A stretch of 62,412 nucleotides of DNA, from NCBI GenBank assembly GCA_031835245.2, contig JAVKOQ020000087.1, positions 124,001 through 186,412 on the forward strand, read 5' to 3'. Below, piece by piece: positions 1 through 12,772 of the stretch. The DNA comes from Balamuthia mandrillaris. Lineage: Eukaryota. The translations under genes were made by a program, and so were the position numbers. Position 1 is the first letter of the stretch. Each line of letters opens with the position of its first letter. Under the pieces are notes generated by a model. That model searched no databases. It was given only the letters and a program-made list of their open reading frames with translations, and was not told the DNA's origin.

Positions 1-262
1 TTGTTGTTATTTCCCCCTTATTTCCCTCCCTTTTGATTTTTTTTTTCATACTCTCAAAAATAGTGTATTTATTTGTTTGTTTCTTTCCCCCTTTTTTTCC
101 AGCATCTCTTGTTCGATCTTTTTCATCTTTGTTTTATTTTTTCTAAAAGCTTTGCGTTTGATATATTTTCTTTGTTTCCGTCAGATTAACAGAGGAGAAC
201 ACAATCTTACTCCCGAACCTATTCGATTACCGAGTACCCACCACCCCAAAAACCCAACAAAA

Positions 263-1954
263 ATGCAACACATCAAATGCGTAGTCGTGGGCGACGGTAC
301 CGTTGGAAAGACCTGTCTGCTAATAGCCTACACCATGAAAGCCTTCCCAACGGACTATGTGCCCACCGTTTTCGACAATTACAACGCGGTCGTGATGTAT
401 GATGGCATGCCCGTTAACCTTGGACTGTATGTTTTTCCGTCTTTCTTTTTTTTCTTTTTTTTTTCATTTCAAATCTTTTTTGTGTTCCTTTTTTTAACAT
501 ACAACGTTGTTTGGTTCTTTACTTTTCCTTGTGAACGGCGTTCAGGTGGGATACTGCAGGACAAGATGACTTTCAAGCGATGAGACCCATGTCCTACAAT
601 AATGCTGATATTTTCCTTGTATTTTTTGCCATTGACAATCCCGTTTCCTTTCAAAATGTTAAAGAAAAGGTTCGGCTATCCTCCTCTTCGCGTTCCTCTC
701 TCTTCTCTCTCTCTCTCTCTCTCCAAACAAACGAGGCCCGGATTAGAACGTACTCTATATGACCGTGTGGATGACATCACCTTCAAATCAAATTCACAAT
801 CTGTCGCATGAGCCTCTTCTTCTCCCTTCTCTGCTTGTCTTCTCTCCTTCTCCTTTATTTCTCACACTTAAATACCTTCTCAGTGGATGGACGAAATCAA
901 TAAGACAGACCCGCACACTCCTCGCCTCCTCGTAGGCACTAAATGCGACTGCCGAGATGACCCGGAGCGATTGGAAGCTTTGAGGGCCAAAGGTATCGAA
1001 CCCATCTCTTGGAAACAGGGCAAGAAAATGGCCAAGGATTGCGGATGTGTTAGCTATATAGAATGTTCCGCCATCAAGAAGAAAGGCTTTCGTGACGTGT
1101 TTGGACAAACCATCTCCGCGATTATTAACCTTCGAAAAGGCAAGCGGCCTGGCAAAGACTGCTGGTCCACCAACTGTACTGAAGTATTTAAGGTGTTAAA
1201 CAAAAAGGTTCGTTAGCCTTGTTTGTTATTGCTTTTATTTCTTTCATCGGGCTAAACATTCTCGTTTTTTTCCTCACTGCGTTTTCTCCTTATTTTCGCA
1301 ATACAACAGAACAAGTGTATAAGATGTCAGCACCAATTTTGCAACAACTGTGTGGTATTATTCCCAAAGGATCACGAGTTTTCCAACAAAATAGTGTGCC
1401 GCAAATGTACATCTTCTCTCTCTCTCTCTTGTCACTCTTTTATTTAATTAAATGCTTATACATTTGTTCTTACTACACCAGGCCGAGACATCACCGATGA
1501 TGAGCCCATTACGCGACCTTTCACTAAGAAGAGGGCTAAGACCAGGTCTTTCAGCAGTGCAGGGAGCAACGATATCAAGGGCGATGAAGTCAGTGGAGCA
1601 GGAGGAGACGGAGCAGAGGGAAGCCAGAAGGACTCTGATATCATGCCTCTCGACAAGGCAAGAATAGAGCAAGCCATGGCACATCAACCCATCAACTCCG
1701 ACACGGGTTCTGACTGGGACTCGGATAGCGATGAAGGTGGGAAGGGCAAAGGCAAAGGCAGAGGAAAGAAGAAGAAGAAGGCCAACCTCAAGGGAAGCTC
1801 GAAGGAGACGCTGAGCAGAAAGAAGTCGGAGAAGAAGGACAGCAAGAGGAGCCTCCGCGAGGAGGCCGAACAGGAAGTTGAGAACGGTGGAGAAGCCGCC
1901 AAGGATTCCAGTTCCTCGCCCCAATCCAACGGCCTTGCTCACTCTCAACAGTGA
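263..1954 (+). CDS. Rho/Rac-family GTPase with C-terminal FYVE-like zinc finger and charged tail (about 5 exons)
   Basis: G-box motifs [39 protein letters not shown] and ECSA lie across GT-AG introns. They are followed by CWSTNC..F....KKNKCIRC...FCNNC...CRKC and a K/E-rich tail ending HSQQ*. Confidence 0.9.
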
Positions 1955-2896
1955 GAACCAAATAAGTTAAAAAAACGCAACGAACCTCCATCCCTGCTCC
2001 CTCAACTTTTACTCTCTTCCTCTTTTCGGTCAGCCCTCCATTTCCTCCACTCCTTCTTTTGTTCCAAAGTATTCGACCTGTTTTTTATTTTAATTTCTCC
2101 GCGATTTTTTTTATTTTTTTTTCTATCTATTTTTTTTTTTTTTTACTGTTATTCTTCTCTTCTTTTCCGCCCCCATCCGCATTCCCTACTGATGCCGCCT
2201 CTAATGCTTCTTCTTTGGACCAAAGCATTCCTCTTCTTCGCCAATTTCACAAAACAAACGAGCAATAACTTACAAGATAAAGTCACAAACGCAACAAAGA
2301 AAGAATACAAAAAAAGTCTCGACAACAAAACACAGGAAGCAACGTTACAAAACAAAATAACAATGACACCAACGAACAAAAAAAAAACTCAACAAAAACA
2401 ACTTGAGGAAAGAGGATAAGGATAAGAACCCGAGTGGGAGAAAGCACCTTCTTCCTTCTTCCTCGCTGTACAGAGACGACGTTCCCATTTTGAACACCAA
2501 ATGCACCCTATTTTCCGTTATGGTTCTACTCTCCGTAGCACCCGTACTTACACGCAACGATCACCTTCTTCTCTTCCTCTTTTACATCGATCGTTGTGGT
2601 TTGTTGTTCGTTGGTCTGAGTGAGTGGTAAATGCGTGAAGTGTTTCTTTATTTCGTTTTTGTTGTTGCTTTTTTTTTCTTCTGCTGGATTTGTCTTTATT
2701 TTTCACAGGCTCCTCCTGGTTGTTGCTTTCTTTTTTTTTTAAATCTTCTTCATGGTTGCTTTCTTTATTTTTTTTTCTCTTCTCTTTTCCTTGTTACTTT
2801 GTTGCTTGTTTTTCTTTTCTATTTTTTAATTCTTTTACAAATCCACATTGTACACTTACATTTGTTTTGGTCTTTTATTTAATTTGGGTAGAAAGA

Positions 2897-3017
2897 GGGA
2901 GAGAGAGAGAGAGGGAGAGAGAGAGAGAGCGAGAGAGAGAGAGCGAGAGAGCGAAAGAGAGAGAGAGAGAGGGAGAGGGGAGAGAGAGAGGAGAAGAGAG
3001 AGAGAGAGAGAGAGAGA

Positions 3018-3073
<56 letters not shown>
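2897..3073 (+). repeat. (GA)n microsatellite, intergenic
   Basis: Near-continuous AG dinucleotide run. Confidence 0.95.
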
Positions 3074-3075
<2 letters not shown>

Positions 3076-3800
3076 CAGTGCGTGAACGAGTGCAGCACCG
3101 AGAACATTACGAGAACGAGAGATTACGAGAACGAGAAGGAGAACGAGAACAAGGGAGAAGTGAAAAGAGGCTCAAATATCTGTACTATTTGTGTCGTCAG
3201 CCAAGCAAGCGTTGGAAGACTGTTACAGTATCCAAACTTGTTGGAATACGCTTTTCTGTGCACTTTTTTCATCATCGCCGAAATATAAAGAAAGAGTAGA
3301 GAGAAAGAAGAAAGAAGAGAAGAAAGAAGTAGAGAAAGGACAGAGAGGAGAGAACCACTCATGAAGTGTTGTTGGAGCTGCTACTCAGCTAAGGAAAATA
3401 AAGGGCATCACTGTGGCAAGAGAGAAGAGAGAAGAGAATAAAAGAGAAGAGAAAACAAAAAAAAAGGTAGCATCACGGCAAAATAAAGCTCAGCACTGAC
3501 TGCATTTGTGTCTGCACAGGACAGGGTAGACCGTCCCTCTGGCTTAAACTAATGTTAGTAGTGCAAGAACAAAAAGAAAGGAAGTTTCTCTTCGTTCCTT
3601 GTGGTGTCGACACTAAACTTTCATGTCGACTTGAGAGGAGAGAGGAGAGAGGAGAGAGGAGAGAGGAGAGAAGAGAGAGGAGAGAGAGAAGAGAGAAGAG
3701 AGAGGAGAGAGAGAGAGAACTTACGGAGACATGTCGACTCAAGAACCCCTCAGGACGACATGAAAAATAAAAGAAAGAATAAAAGAAGAAAAGAAAGAAG

Positions 3801-4849
3801 ATGGGGAACAAAAAACAGCGCAAGAAGACGATGAACTTTTTTCGTCTTTCCTTTGGGATCAACCCTCCATTTCATGTTTTAGGTATGTTGCAAATAGTTG
3901 TTCGATACCCAGTTTTGTTTCTTTCTCATCGCGCGACAAAATACAGTGGATCCCGAATTTTTGGCAACTTCGCTGGCAAGAAAACTGTTTGTGAAGACCT
4001 CTGTTCCGGAATGTCTCGGAGGAAAAGCCACACTCAGTAACTTCCACTTTTTCTGCGCACACTAACAAAAACGACAACACTGATCTCTTTTTTTTTCATA
4101 GTTGTGACTCGGTGTGTCACTCACTTTCTTCGTTCGAATGGTGATAAGTACGCTGGAGCTGCTGCTATGGCCAAGCGCCTCCAACATGCACCCTGCGCGC
4201 ATGACGAGGGCACTACCATGTCGCCTGATAGCTGCCTATTCAACCTTCTCCGTATGCTATCTTTCTCTCATTGCACTTTCCTCAGCCAACCTTTACCTCT
4301 CTCTCTCTCTCTCTCTCTCCTACTCACAACACAATAGAACAAAGCTCAGAGGAGACAGGAACGAAATACTGTTTGGCCACTCAAAGCACACAACTGCGGA
4401 ACAAAGCAAGGGACATAGCAGGCGTGCCTATCATTTACATCAACAACACAATGCTCTGCCTGGAACCTCCTTCACGCACCTCTCAAAAGCATGCTCAGCT
4501 CCTCTCTTTGCAACATAGAAAACCAAAAGAAGCGGAGAAACGGTGGTTAGAACGACAACAAAATAACACGAACGACAATAACAACAATGAAACTGAAGGC
4601 AATAACAACGGTGAGGATGGAGGAGAGAAGCAAACGGAAAGGAGAAGCAGGAAACGCAAGGCCAAAGGGCCGAACCCGCTCTCCGTCAAGAAGAAACAAC
4701 CCAAAAAGAGGAAATTGGACGCAGAGGCAGGCTCTTCTTCTTCTTCTTCAGCTTCTACTGCTGATGGTGGTGAACAGCAGAAGAAGAAGCGACGGCGGAA
4801 ACGGAAGAGACATTCTGCAACACCAAAGAAGGAACCGTCGGAGGCATAA
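3801..4849 (+). CDS. UTP23: rRNA-processing PIN-domain protein UTP23 (Fcf1/Utp23 family), spliced
   Basis: N-terminus MGNKKQRKKTMNFFRLSFGINPPFHVL|VDPEF, then YCLATQ..LR...R.IAGVPIIYI....LCLEPPS, and C-terminal KAKGPNPLSVKKK, which is typical of Utp23. Confidence 0.88.
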
Positions 4850-4993
4850 AGCCGGTTCCGCACACGATGGAAAACGTTAATAACGATCTTCGCGGAAAGT
4901 GACGAAAATATGGAATAAGCCTGGAATATTTGTGTAATGCATTACTTTGGTCTTTGTTTTTTTTTCTTTGAAGAAACCGACCAAACATTTGCT

Positions 4994-5084
4994 ATGGAGG
5001 GAAGAACACAGAGAGATAGGGAGAGGCGCAGCATAGAACAGGTTTTGCCCTCCGAAGTCTGTCTCAAGGTCTTAGTCTTCACCA

Positions 5085-5128
<44 letters not shown>

Positions 5129-7202
5129 TTTGTCAAAGCGAGACCTGATTTTTTTTAAAAAGATTGTGTTGTTTTTGGACGATGTGAGGGATGTGTGCGC
5201 CTTGAGCGCGGCTTCTTCTTACTTTTACGGCCTCGTGAATACTTCCACCGTGTGGAAGAGCCTCTGCGCCAGAATGTTTGACGTGAGGGAGCTGCCCTCC
5301 CCGCTTCCCGCTGGCTGCAAGGAAGAAAGCGATCACCAACGTTTCCTCCAAATGCTGGACCAAGAAAAAGAAGGAGAGCAAGGCGAAAGCAACAAAGAGA
5401 CAGCAAAAGAAATAGAGGTTTCTTCTTCTCCGCCTTCCTCGCGTGAAGAAGCTCAGCGTTGGAAATCACTGCTGCTGCGTCTTCTCCGCCAAGAAACCCG
5501 ATGGAGCGGCAAGTGCACGCAGTACCCCACCCACCACGCCTACCCCATGTGCCTCTGGATAGACCGCAGCCAGACTTTTCAGCATAGCCGAGGCCTCGTT
5601 GTGGGCAACCGCTACCAGTCCTACGAGGGTAAGGTCCGCCGTGGCAATCCCAACATTCATGAATGGACGATGTATGTAGCCGGCATAGAGGGCAGCGACC
5701 CTTCTCACCTGGTAGAGAGGGTAACGTTCAGGCTGCACCCTAAGTTGCCGCAGTCGAACGTGATAAAGGTGAGGCTGCCGCCGTTCCAAGCAACCAGGAG
5801 AGCGTGGGACACCTTTGAGATTGGCGTGAAGATCTATTTCAAGAAGGAGGCGGGCATGAGGGACAGGGTATTGGAGGTGAAGCACATGCTAGTCTTTCAA
5901 CCGGGCGGCTCCCATAGTACGTATCCAATCGAAGAAGGAGAGGTGGTTGTGAGAGAGGGCGAGAAGATGCTCAGGACCATGAGGACTTTTGGTCGCATGC
6001 ATTGGTCCTATTTTTCCCGTACGTCTTTCACTCTTGTTAGCAATTGTCTGCTCTTCTGTGGTCATCTCCCTTTTCTCTACTAAGAGTATCTCCTCTCTCT
6101 CCTCTCTCCCCTCTCTTCTCTCTCCCTCTCTCTCACACTTTATGAACAGCTGGTAGCGATGTAAAAATAGAGAACAGCATTACAGCGTTTGCTGGACAAA
6201 TGACCTACCGTCAAGGCTGCCGAGCTGCCATTGAAAACGATGACGTTAGTCGACAACGTAACCAACTGCCGCTCCTCCTGACCGAAACTCAGTACATTGC
6301 GAAAGGCAGAGGCAGAGTCAGCTTGCCAACACCCTACTCAACCATGCTTGTGGGCAACAACTGCATGTTGGGCATCTACGATCCGTCTCCTTATGACGAC
6401 ATCAGCACCTTTTACGTGGTCATGAGGGAGGTGTCGCCAACCTCCGCTTTTGTTGCTGAAGCTAGTTTATCCGCTGCTCTACGATGGAGCGATGGGATTG
6501 CGGCTTGCTTCTCGTAATCCGAGATACTATCAAAAGAAGCAAAGGAAGACTAAAAGACAGAAGCATAAAAAGAGCAGGAATGAGGAGCATCGGGCGACGG
6601 AAGATGACAAAGGTGAAAACGAACAAATGAAAATGGAAGATGAGGAAGGGATCGTTTTGGAGTGGCGAGGATGTACTGTGACTGCTGCAAACCTAACGCC
6701 CTTCAGCTTAACGCTCACAAAGCTCATCCCCAACAACAACAGCAAAAACGAAAACGACCCAGAGCAACAAACTTTGCGTAACGCATTATCCGCAATTCCT
6801 CCCATCATGCAGTTCCCTTATGTCTTTGGAGTTGAAGCGGAAGATTCGGAGGTTTTGGCCTACGTTGAAGCAGAGGCTGAAAGCCAAGACGGGGTGACAA
6901 AACTGTGGGGCTTCCTGCGAAAGAGAGGAAAGGATCGCGTGGTTCAGGAGACGAATAAGGAGATAAGAAAGCTGAACCAACAACAACAAAAGCAACGCAC
7001 ACCTCGGGCACCGTTGAAGGAGGATCACTTGGAGGAAGAAGAGTTGGGGACTTGGATGCTTGTGCTTGTTGCTCCCGAGGAGGACAAAGGCGGAGACCAA
7101 CTTCTGGTTGCTGAGGTCCGTGGAAACCAACTGTTTGGAGTTTGGAATGAAGCGGACTGCTTCGCACTTCGCCTGACGACCGCTACCTCTGACAACACGT
7201 AA
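4994..7202 (+). CDS. F-box protein with YEATS domain and uncharacterised C-terminal domains, spliced
   Basis: F-box LPSEVCLK|IVLFLDDVRDVCALSAASSYFYGLVNTSTVWKSLC. YEATS GLVVGN..HEWTMYV...VERVTFRLHP...PPFQATRRAWDTFEIGVKIYF...KHML. Continuity from the 6200 frame into the 6450 frame needs a probable intron at 6514-6577. Confidence 0.72.
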
Positions 7203-7733
7203 CAAAAAAAGAAGGGACTCACTTCAATGTTTCCAAACAAAATCCAAAAAGATGAGTCAATCGAGTCGAAAGGTGGAGCAACACATTGTTCTTCAACCAG
7301 CTCATTTGGCACTTGTCGCTTCCGACGAAACCAGCAGAAGAAGAAGAAGAAGAAGCCAACAACTGCAATTATAAAAAAAAACAACAAGAATCATCGACAA
7401 CAAAAAGCAATGTACCTGTTCCTGAGTCGAACCCGTGTATTGTATTGTTTGTAGACCCAATACCATATCATGACGACACGGATATCTGGTATTTCATGGA
7501 AATGACCAACAGAGGAGCAGAGCTGTTGCACCGCTGTTATCAGTGTCATTTCTTCCCCCTTTTTTCCAGTGCTTTCTTGTTGGTGGTGTTTAAAGATTAA
7601 AGCCAAAGGAGCCTTGTTGTGGGCTGTCGGTTCTTCTGCTTCTGAAAACGTTGGTTCTCAGTCAAACAACAACAACAACAAACAACAACAACAAGATAGT
7701 CTAAAACTTGGATAACACGAAACAAAAAAAAAA

Positions 7734-8062
7734 ATGCGACTGTTGGGTAAAGATTTGGAGAAAGATGGAGGAGGTTCCATCTCTTTGAGGCCGGAGACGC
7801 TGGAGGACATGTGGCACGCCTACAACCTCATCTCGGAGGGCGATCTGGTGCGAGCGACCACCGTGCGGCGCGTGCAGGAGCGGACCACCACCGGCACCTC
7901 CAAGAGCGAGCGAGTGAGGATGACCCTCACTATTCAGGTGGAGAAGATCGAGTTTGATACCGACAGCGGAGTGTTGCGACTCAACGGCACCAACCGCTCC
8001 GAAAACGAGTATGTTCGCGTATGTATTTTCTCTCTTTACTGCTTCTCTTCCCTTCTCTGTGA

Positions 8063-8099
<37 letters not shown>

Positions 8100-9584
8100 C
8101 TCTCTCTCTCTCTTCACTCCGTCTCTTGTCTCCCACTCTCTCCGTCTCGTCTCATCTCTTGTTTATGCTTGTTCTTCTCTCCTGTTGCTGATTGCTTCTT
8201 CTTCTTCTTGTTGCTTCTGCCTTTGTGCTTTACTCGTTTCATTCTGTTCTTCTTAACGGGGTGCGCTATTCTTCCCTTTTCATTTCAGATGGGAGCATAC
8301 CACACCCTGGACCTGGAGATGAACCGCAAGTTCATCCTGACAAAGCGGTATTGGGACTCGGTGGCGCTGGAGCGGATAGACATTGCCTGCGATCCCACCA
8401 AGTACGCCGACCTCGCCGCCGTCATCATGACGGAGGGCCTCGCCACCGTTTGCTTGATCAACAGCAGCATGACCATCGTGCTGCCATTCCGAGGAAACGA
8501 CGCGGCTCTTCCGCTGAACACGACAAGGTTCTTGTTTTCCTCTGCTTGCTTTATTCTCGTTCTTTATATCTGCATTCTGCTCTCTTCTTTCATCTGTTCC
8601 TCTTTCGTCGTTTTCTTCTTATGCGTTTTGCTTTTTTCCTTTTTTCTTTCTATCTTGCTCTCCTTGCTCCTTTCTTTGTTCTCCTTTCTCCTTTCTTTTT
8701 TGCAAAGTCGTGCTTCTTCTCATCATCTTGTCATTGCACCCATGAACACCCAACAGGGTCTCAAAAAGTTCTTTGAGGCAACAATGCAAGCCATCCTCCG
8801 GCACATCAACTTTGACGTCGTGAAGTGCGTCATCATCGCCAGCCCCGGCTTTGTCAAGGACCAGTTTAACGAGTACATGACCGCCGAGGCCATCAAGCGC
8901 GAGCTCAAGGTGCTCATGGAGAACAAGGACAAGTTCGTGTTGGCCCACTCGACCTCGGGCCACAAGCACGCTCTGAGGGAGATCCTCACCGACCCTCTCA
9001 TGCAGTCCAAGCTGGAGGACACCAAAGCGGCGGGAGAGGTGAGGGTCTTGGCGCAGTTTTATGAGATGATGAAGATAGACCCGGACAGAGCGTTTTATGG
9101 CCTGTCGGATGTGGTGTTGGCTCAGGATCGTTTGGCCATTGAGACGTTGTTGCTTACAGATGAGTTGTTCCGGTTCGTTTTTTCCTTTCCTTCTTTCTTT
9201 CGTTCATTCTTTTTCTTCTAAACTTGTTTTTGTTTTGTTCCCCTCTTCCTTCCTTGAATAAAAATAAAGGGCATCGGACATAGCGACGAGGAAAAAGTAT
9301 GTGAACTTGGTGGAGTCGGTGAAAGCATTGGGCGGCAACGTCCAGATCTTTTCTACTTTGCATGTTTCTGGTGAACGTACGTTTGTTTCGCTTTTCTTTT
9401 CTTTTCTTTTGTTTGACAGAAGAGTTTGAATGAATGTACAGAGTTGAAGCAATTGGGAGGAATTGCTGCCATTTTACGTTTCCCACTGCCGGATGTGGCC
9501 GGCATGGAGGATGAAGAGGATGAAGATGAAGAGGACGAAGATGAGGAGGAGGAAGGAGAAAAGGTGAAAGAAGTGGAGCTGTAA
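7734..9584 (+). CDS. PELO: Pelota/Dom34 ribosome-rescue factor, spliced, with an apparent frame break near 8480
   Basis: [76 protein letters not shown]. Confidence 0.93.
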
Positions 9585-9757
9585 CTTGATTTTTTTTTTT
9601 GTCAGTTCTGTTTTTGTACAGTTTTGTTCGGGTGATATAATGCATCTGTTATATCATTCGCATCCGCTGCGGAATGAAAAAGGGAAGGAAAAAAGTTAAC
9701 AAACAAAAAAGAAGACGAATGAAGGCGAACCAAGAAAGAATGAAGAAGAAACCTGTC

Positions 9758-10073
9758 CTAAGAGAGATAATCTCGAACATGAGAGAGGGATTGATCCCCG
9801 GTGGTTGTGGCGTGAGTGTTGGTCTTGTGCCGTTTGTGTTTGGAAGCGATGGCCATGCTGCTAGATTCGTCTTCCTCCTCGGCGTGGATGTGAAGAGTTG
9901 GCGTGGAGAGGTCCAATTCTTCCACTTGTTCAACCAGTGGAACCAGGTTGTTTCTTCTTTGGATTGCTTCGTGTAACGTTTCTTTAAACTCTGTGTTGTC
10001 CAACGGAGAGAACAGAAGACGAGTGAAGTTGAAAGAGAACGATTTGATAAATTTTTCAAGAGAATGCAGGAAA

Positions 10074-10109
<36 letters not shown>

Positions 10110-10899
10110 GAAGGAACCTTCAGGTTTACAGTTAGCAGGCAACATGTGTTCCAAAAATGTGGCGTGCTGCTCTGCCTCTCGTTCCTCCTTAGCAAGGATG
10201 GCTTTTTGCTTCTTCAAGAGTTGGTTCATGGCGTGGGTTTGCAGTATCCGTTGTTGCAGTTCCTCCAGCTCTGCATCGAGTTGTTGTTCCGTTAGTGTTG
10301 GTTGTGGCCCCTCCAACACTGCCATTGCCTCTTCAGGCTTTTTGTTTGTTGTCACCCAAACAAAAACATCAGAAAGAGGAAAGATTAAAGAGAGCGAAAA
10401 AAAACAGAAGGAGATCACCAATGGCGCGCCCTGGTGTTGCAGTTGTTGGGTTTGTTGTTGTTGCTGTGGCGGTACCACAAAGATGTTACGCAGCACGTAT
10501 AACTCCCACCGATCAAAGTTCTTGTCACAAGACTGTGTGAAAATGGGCAATACTTTTTCAAAGGCCTTTTTTGATGAAGGAAGAGATGAGAACGTTTCAA
10601 TCGTAAAGCCCGAAGCCGATGCTAACCTGAGAAATTGTCAATTCATGGGAGGGTCCCAACACGCTAAGCAACCCTCTCTCCAGCGCATCGAGCACATCGC
10701 CAGTGTACGTGTTGACCGCGTTCAGAATATCATCCACCACTTCCAACGGGCTGTAGCCGAAAAACTCGATTTCGCGGGCGTAGAGCTCCCTCTGTGCGGC
10801 GGCATCGCCGATGGTGGCCTTCTGTTTCTCCTCTCGCCGCTGCTGGCTCGCCTCAGAGATGCTCTGCCTGCGTTTGCTTTTGTTGCTGCTGCTACTCAT
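9758..10899 (-). CDS. MIS12: Kinetochore protein Mis12 (MIND/Mis12 complex), spliced
   Basis: Both Mis12 signature blocks are present, EFFGYSPLEVVDDILNAVN and DKNFDRWELYVLRNIFVVP, followed by a coiled coil. Confidence 0.85.
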
Positions 10900-11070
10900 T
10901 TTTTTATCAGCCGTTTAATCACAAAAGTTCTCTTTCTTGCTCTCTTTCTTTTGTTGGGGAAATGAAGATGGGCAACAAAGAACGACTGCACACAGCGGAC
11001 AACTGTCCACTGCTGGTATCGGATTTCAGGTAGACAAAAAATGCCCTTCGCAGGAGCCGAAGGCCGCTGC

Positions 11071-11115
11071 TTCCCGCCAAAATTTGCTTGAGGGGCTGCA
11101 AACAACTTTCCCGCC
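11071..11115. promoter_or_regulatory. Two E2F-like TTCCCGCC elements in the MIS12/CSM1 divergent promoter
   Basis: TTCCCGCCAAA at 11071-11081 and TTTCCCGCC at 11107-11115 both fit the E2F consensus TTTSSCGS on one strand. Confidence 0.5.
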
Positions 11116-11217
11116 ATTTTTTTTAGCAACATACGTTGTTTCCTCTGTCCACTGTTCGTTGGCGGTTGTCAGGGAAGGTGGATTAGAAGCGTAAGAAGCA
11201 GGCAGGACCTTCTTCTT

Positions 11218-11257
<40 letters not shown>

Positions 11258-11353
11258 CGGTTTGGTTCCAGCCTAGGGAGGGAGGTAACTAGCAAACACC
11301 CAGAGTTTGCTCGTGTGTATTTTGCAGCCAAAAAAAATTAAAACAAGAGAGGC

Positions 11354-12203
11354 ATGGCGACACGTCGAAGCAAAAGAGCAACGAAGCAGGTGGACTACAA
11401 GTCTCAGCTTTATACCATCACCAACATCCCGGAGACAGAGGTCTCCATACTCGATGACTCCTTCAACGAAGTAAGTTTTCTTCTCCCCCACTTTTGTTCC
11501 GCTTTGAAAGCGTTCTTTCGACCAGCTATTAACCGAAGAGCAAAACAAAGGATGAAGCTGTGAAGGCAACAACGGTCGGCACTAACCAACGGAAGCGCAG
11601 AGGAAGATCCTCTGCTGACAAAGCCACAAGTGCCACTACCACCAACCCTGTTGCGCCGTCTTCTTCCCGAGGCCAGAGAGCCACCAAGAAACGCAAGACG
11701 TCCACTACCACGACAAAGGCCAAGCCTGGAACTCACGAGGAGAGCAGCGCCTCTGAGGCTGAGTACGAGTCGGACGTTCCTGAAGAAGAGGAAGAGGCGG
11801 TCCTCGAAGAAGAGGAAGAGGAGGAGAGATTCTCTCCTATTAAACCACCAACCACGAAGAAGGCAGCCACCACAACAAGGAACACTAACAAAAAGAAGAC
11901 TACCGCGCAAAAGGCACCCAGTTTGGATGCCTCTCTTGCATCGCAGCACAACAACAAGAAGATGGCTGCATCCAACAAGAACAGCAAAGGCAAGAAGCAA
12001 ACAGTTTCGGATGCTTCGTCCTCTCTGCCTAACGGCAGCAGAGACTCTGCTTCATCGTTGCTGGACACTTTGAACAGCAAAATACCGGATGACTTGTTTG
12101 CTAGCTCGGATAATGAAGAACTAGAGGAGGAGAAAGGACAAAAGAAGAAGACGTCCAAAGCATCACCTTCTGGAGGCTCTTTGGAACAGCCTTCCAAGGT
12201 TTA

Positions 12204-12237
<34 letters not shown>

Positions 12238-12427
12238 TCGCCCCCTTGTCTCCTCTTGTCTTTTCTATTCCTTCTTTCTCTATTTGGACGACTCTTACAT
12301 ATCCTGTAGGAAGAATATGATAGACTGTTGCGGAGCTACCAAAAGCTCAAAGCGCTTCGAACCACGAAACAAGAGGAATTGTACAAACAGCATCAACAAA
12401 ACTCCAAAAAGAGAGAAGAAGGTTTGT

Positions 12428-12459
<32 letters not shown>

Positions 12460-12733
12460 GTCTCTGTCTCTCTCGGGATCTTTCTCACAAGCATTATAAA
12501 CCAGAGCTACAAAAGATAATTGAACAATTGAAGAAACAAAGAGAAAACGTAGATACCGATAAACAGAAACTTATGGACAAGGTTCAATCGTTGGAGACAC
12601 AACTGACTGAATCAAAACAAGAGCTCACGCGAGCTGTTGCATTTTACGAGTTTATGACTCAGATGCAAGTAACCCCCACAGCAGATAACGTCTTCAACTG
12701 CACTGCCAAATTCTCCCACCGAGGTAGCCTTCG

Positions 12734-12772
<39 letters not shown>

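Noticed and set aside
2690..3362. ORFs with ERERER/SLSLSL runs
   Set aside because: They are translations of the (GA)n microsatellite and have no domain content.
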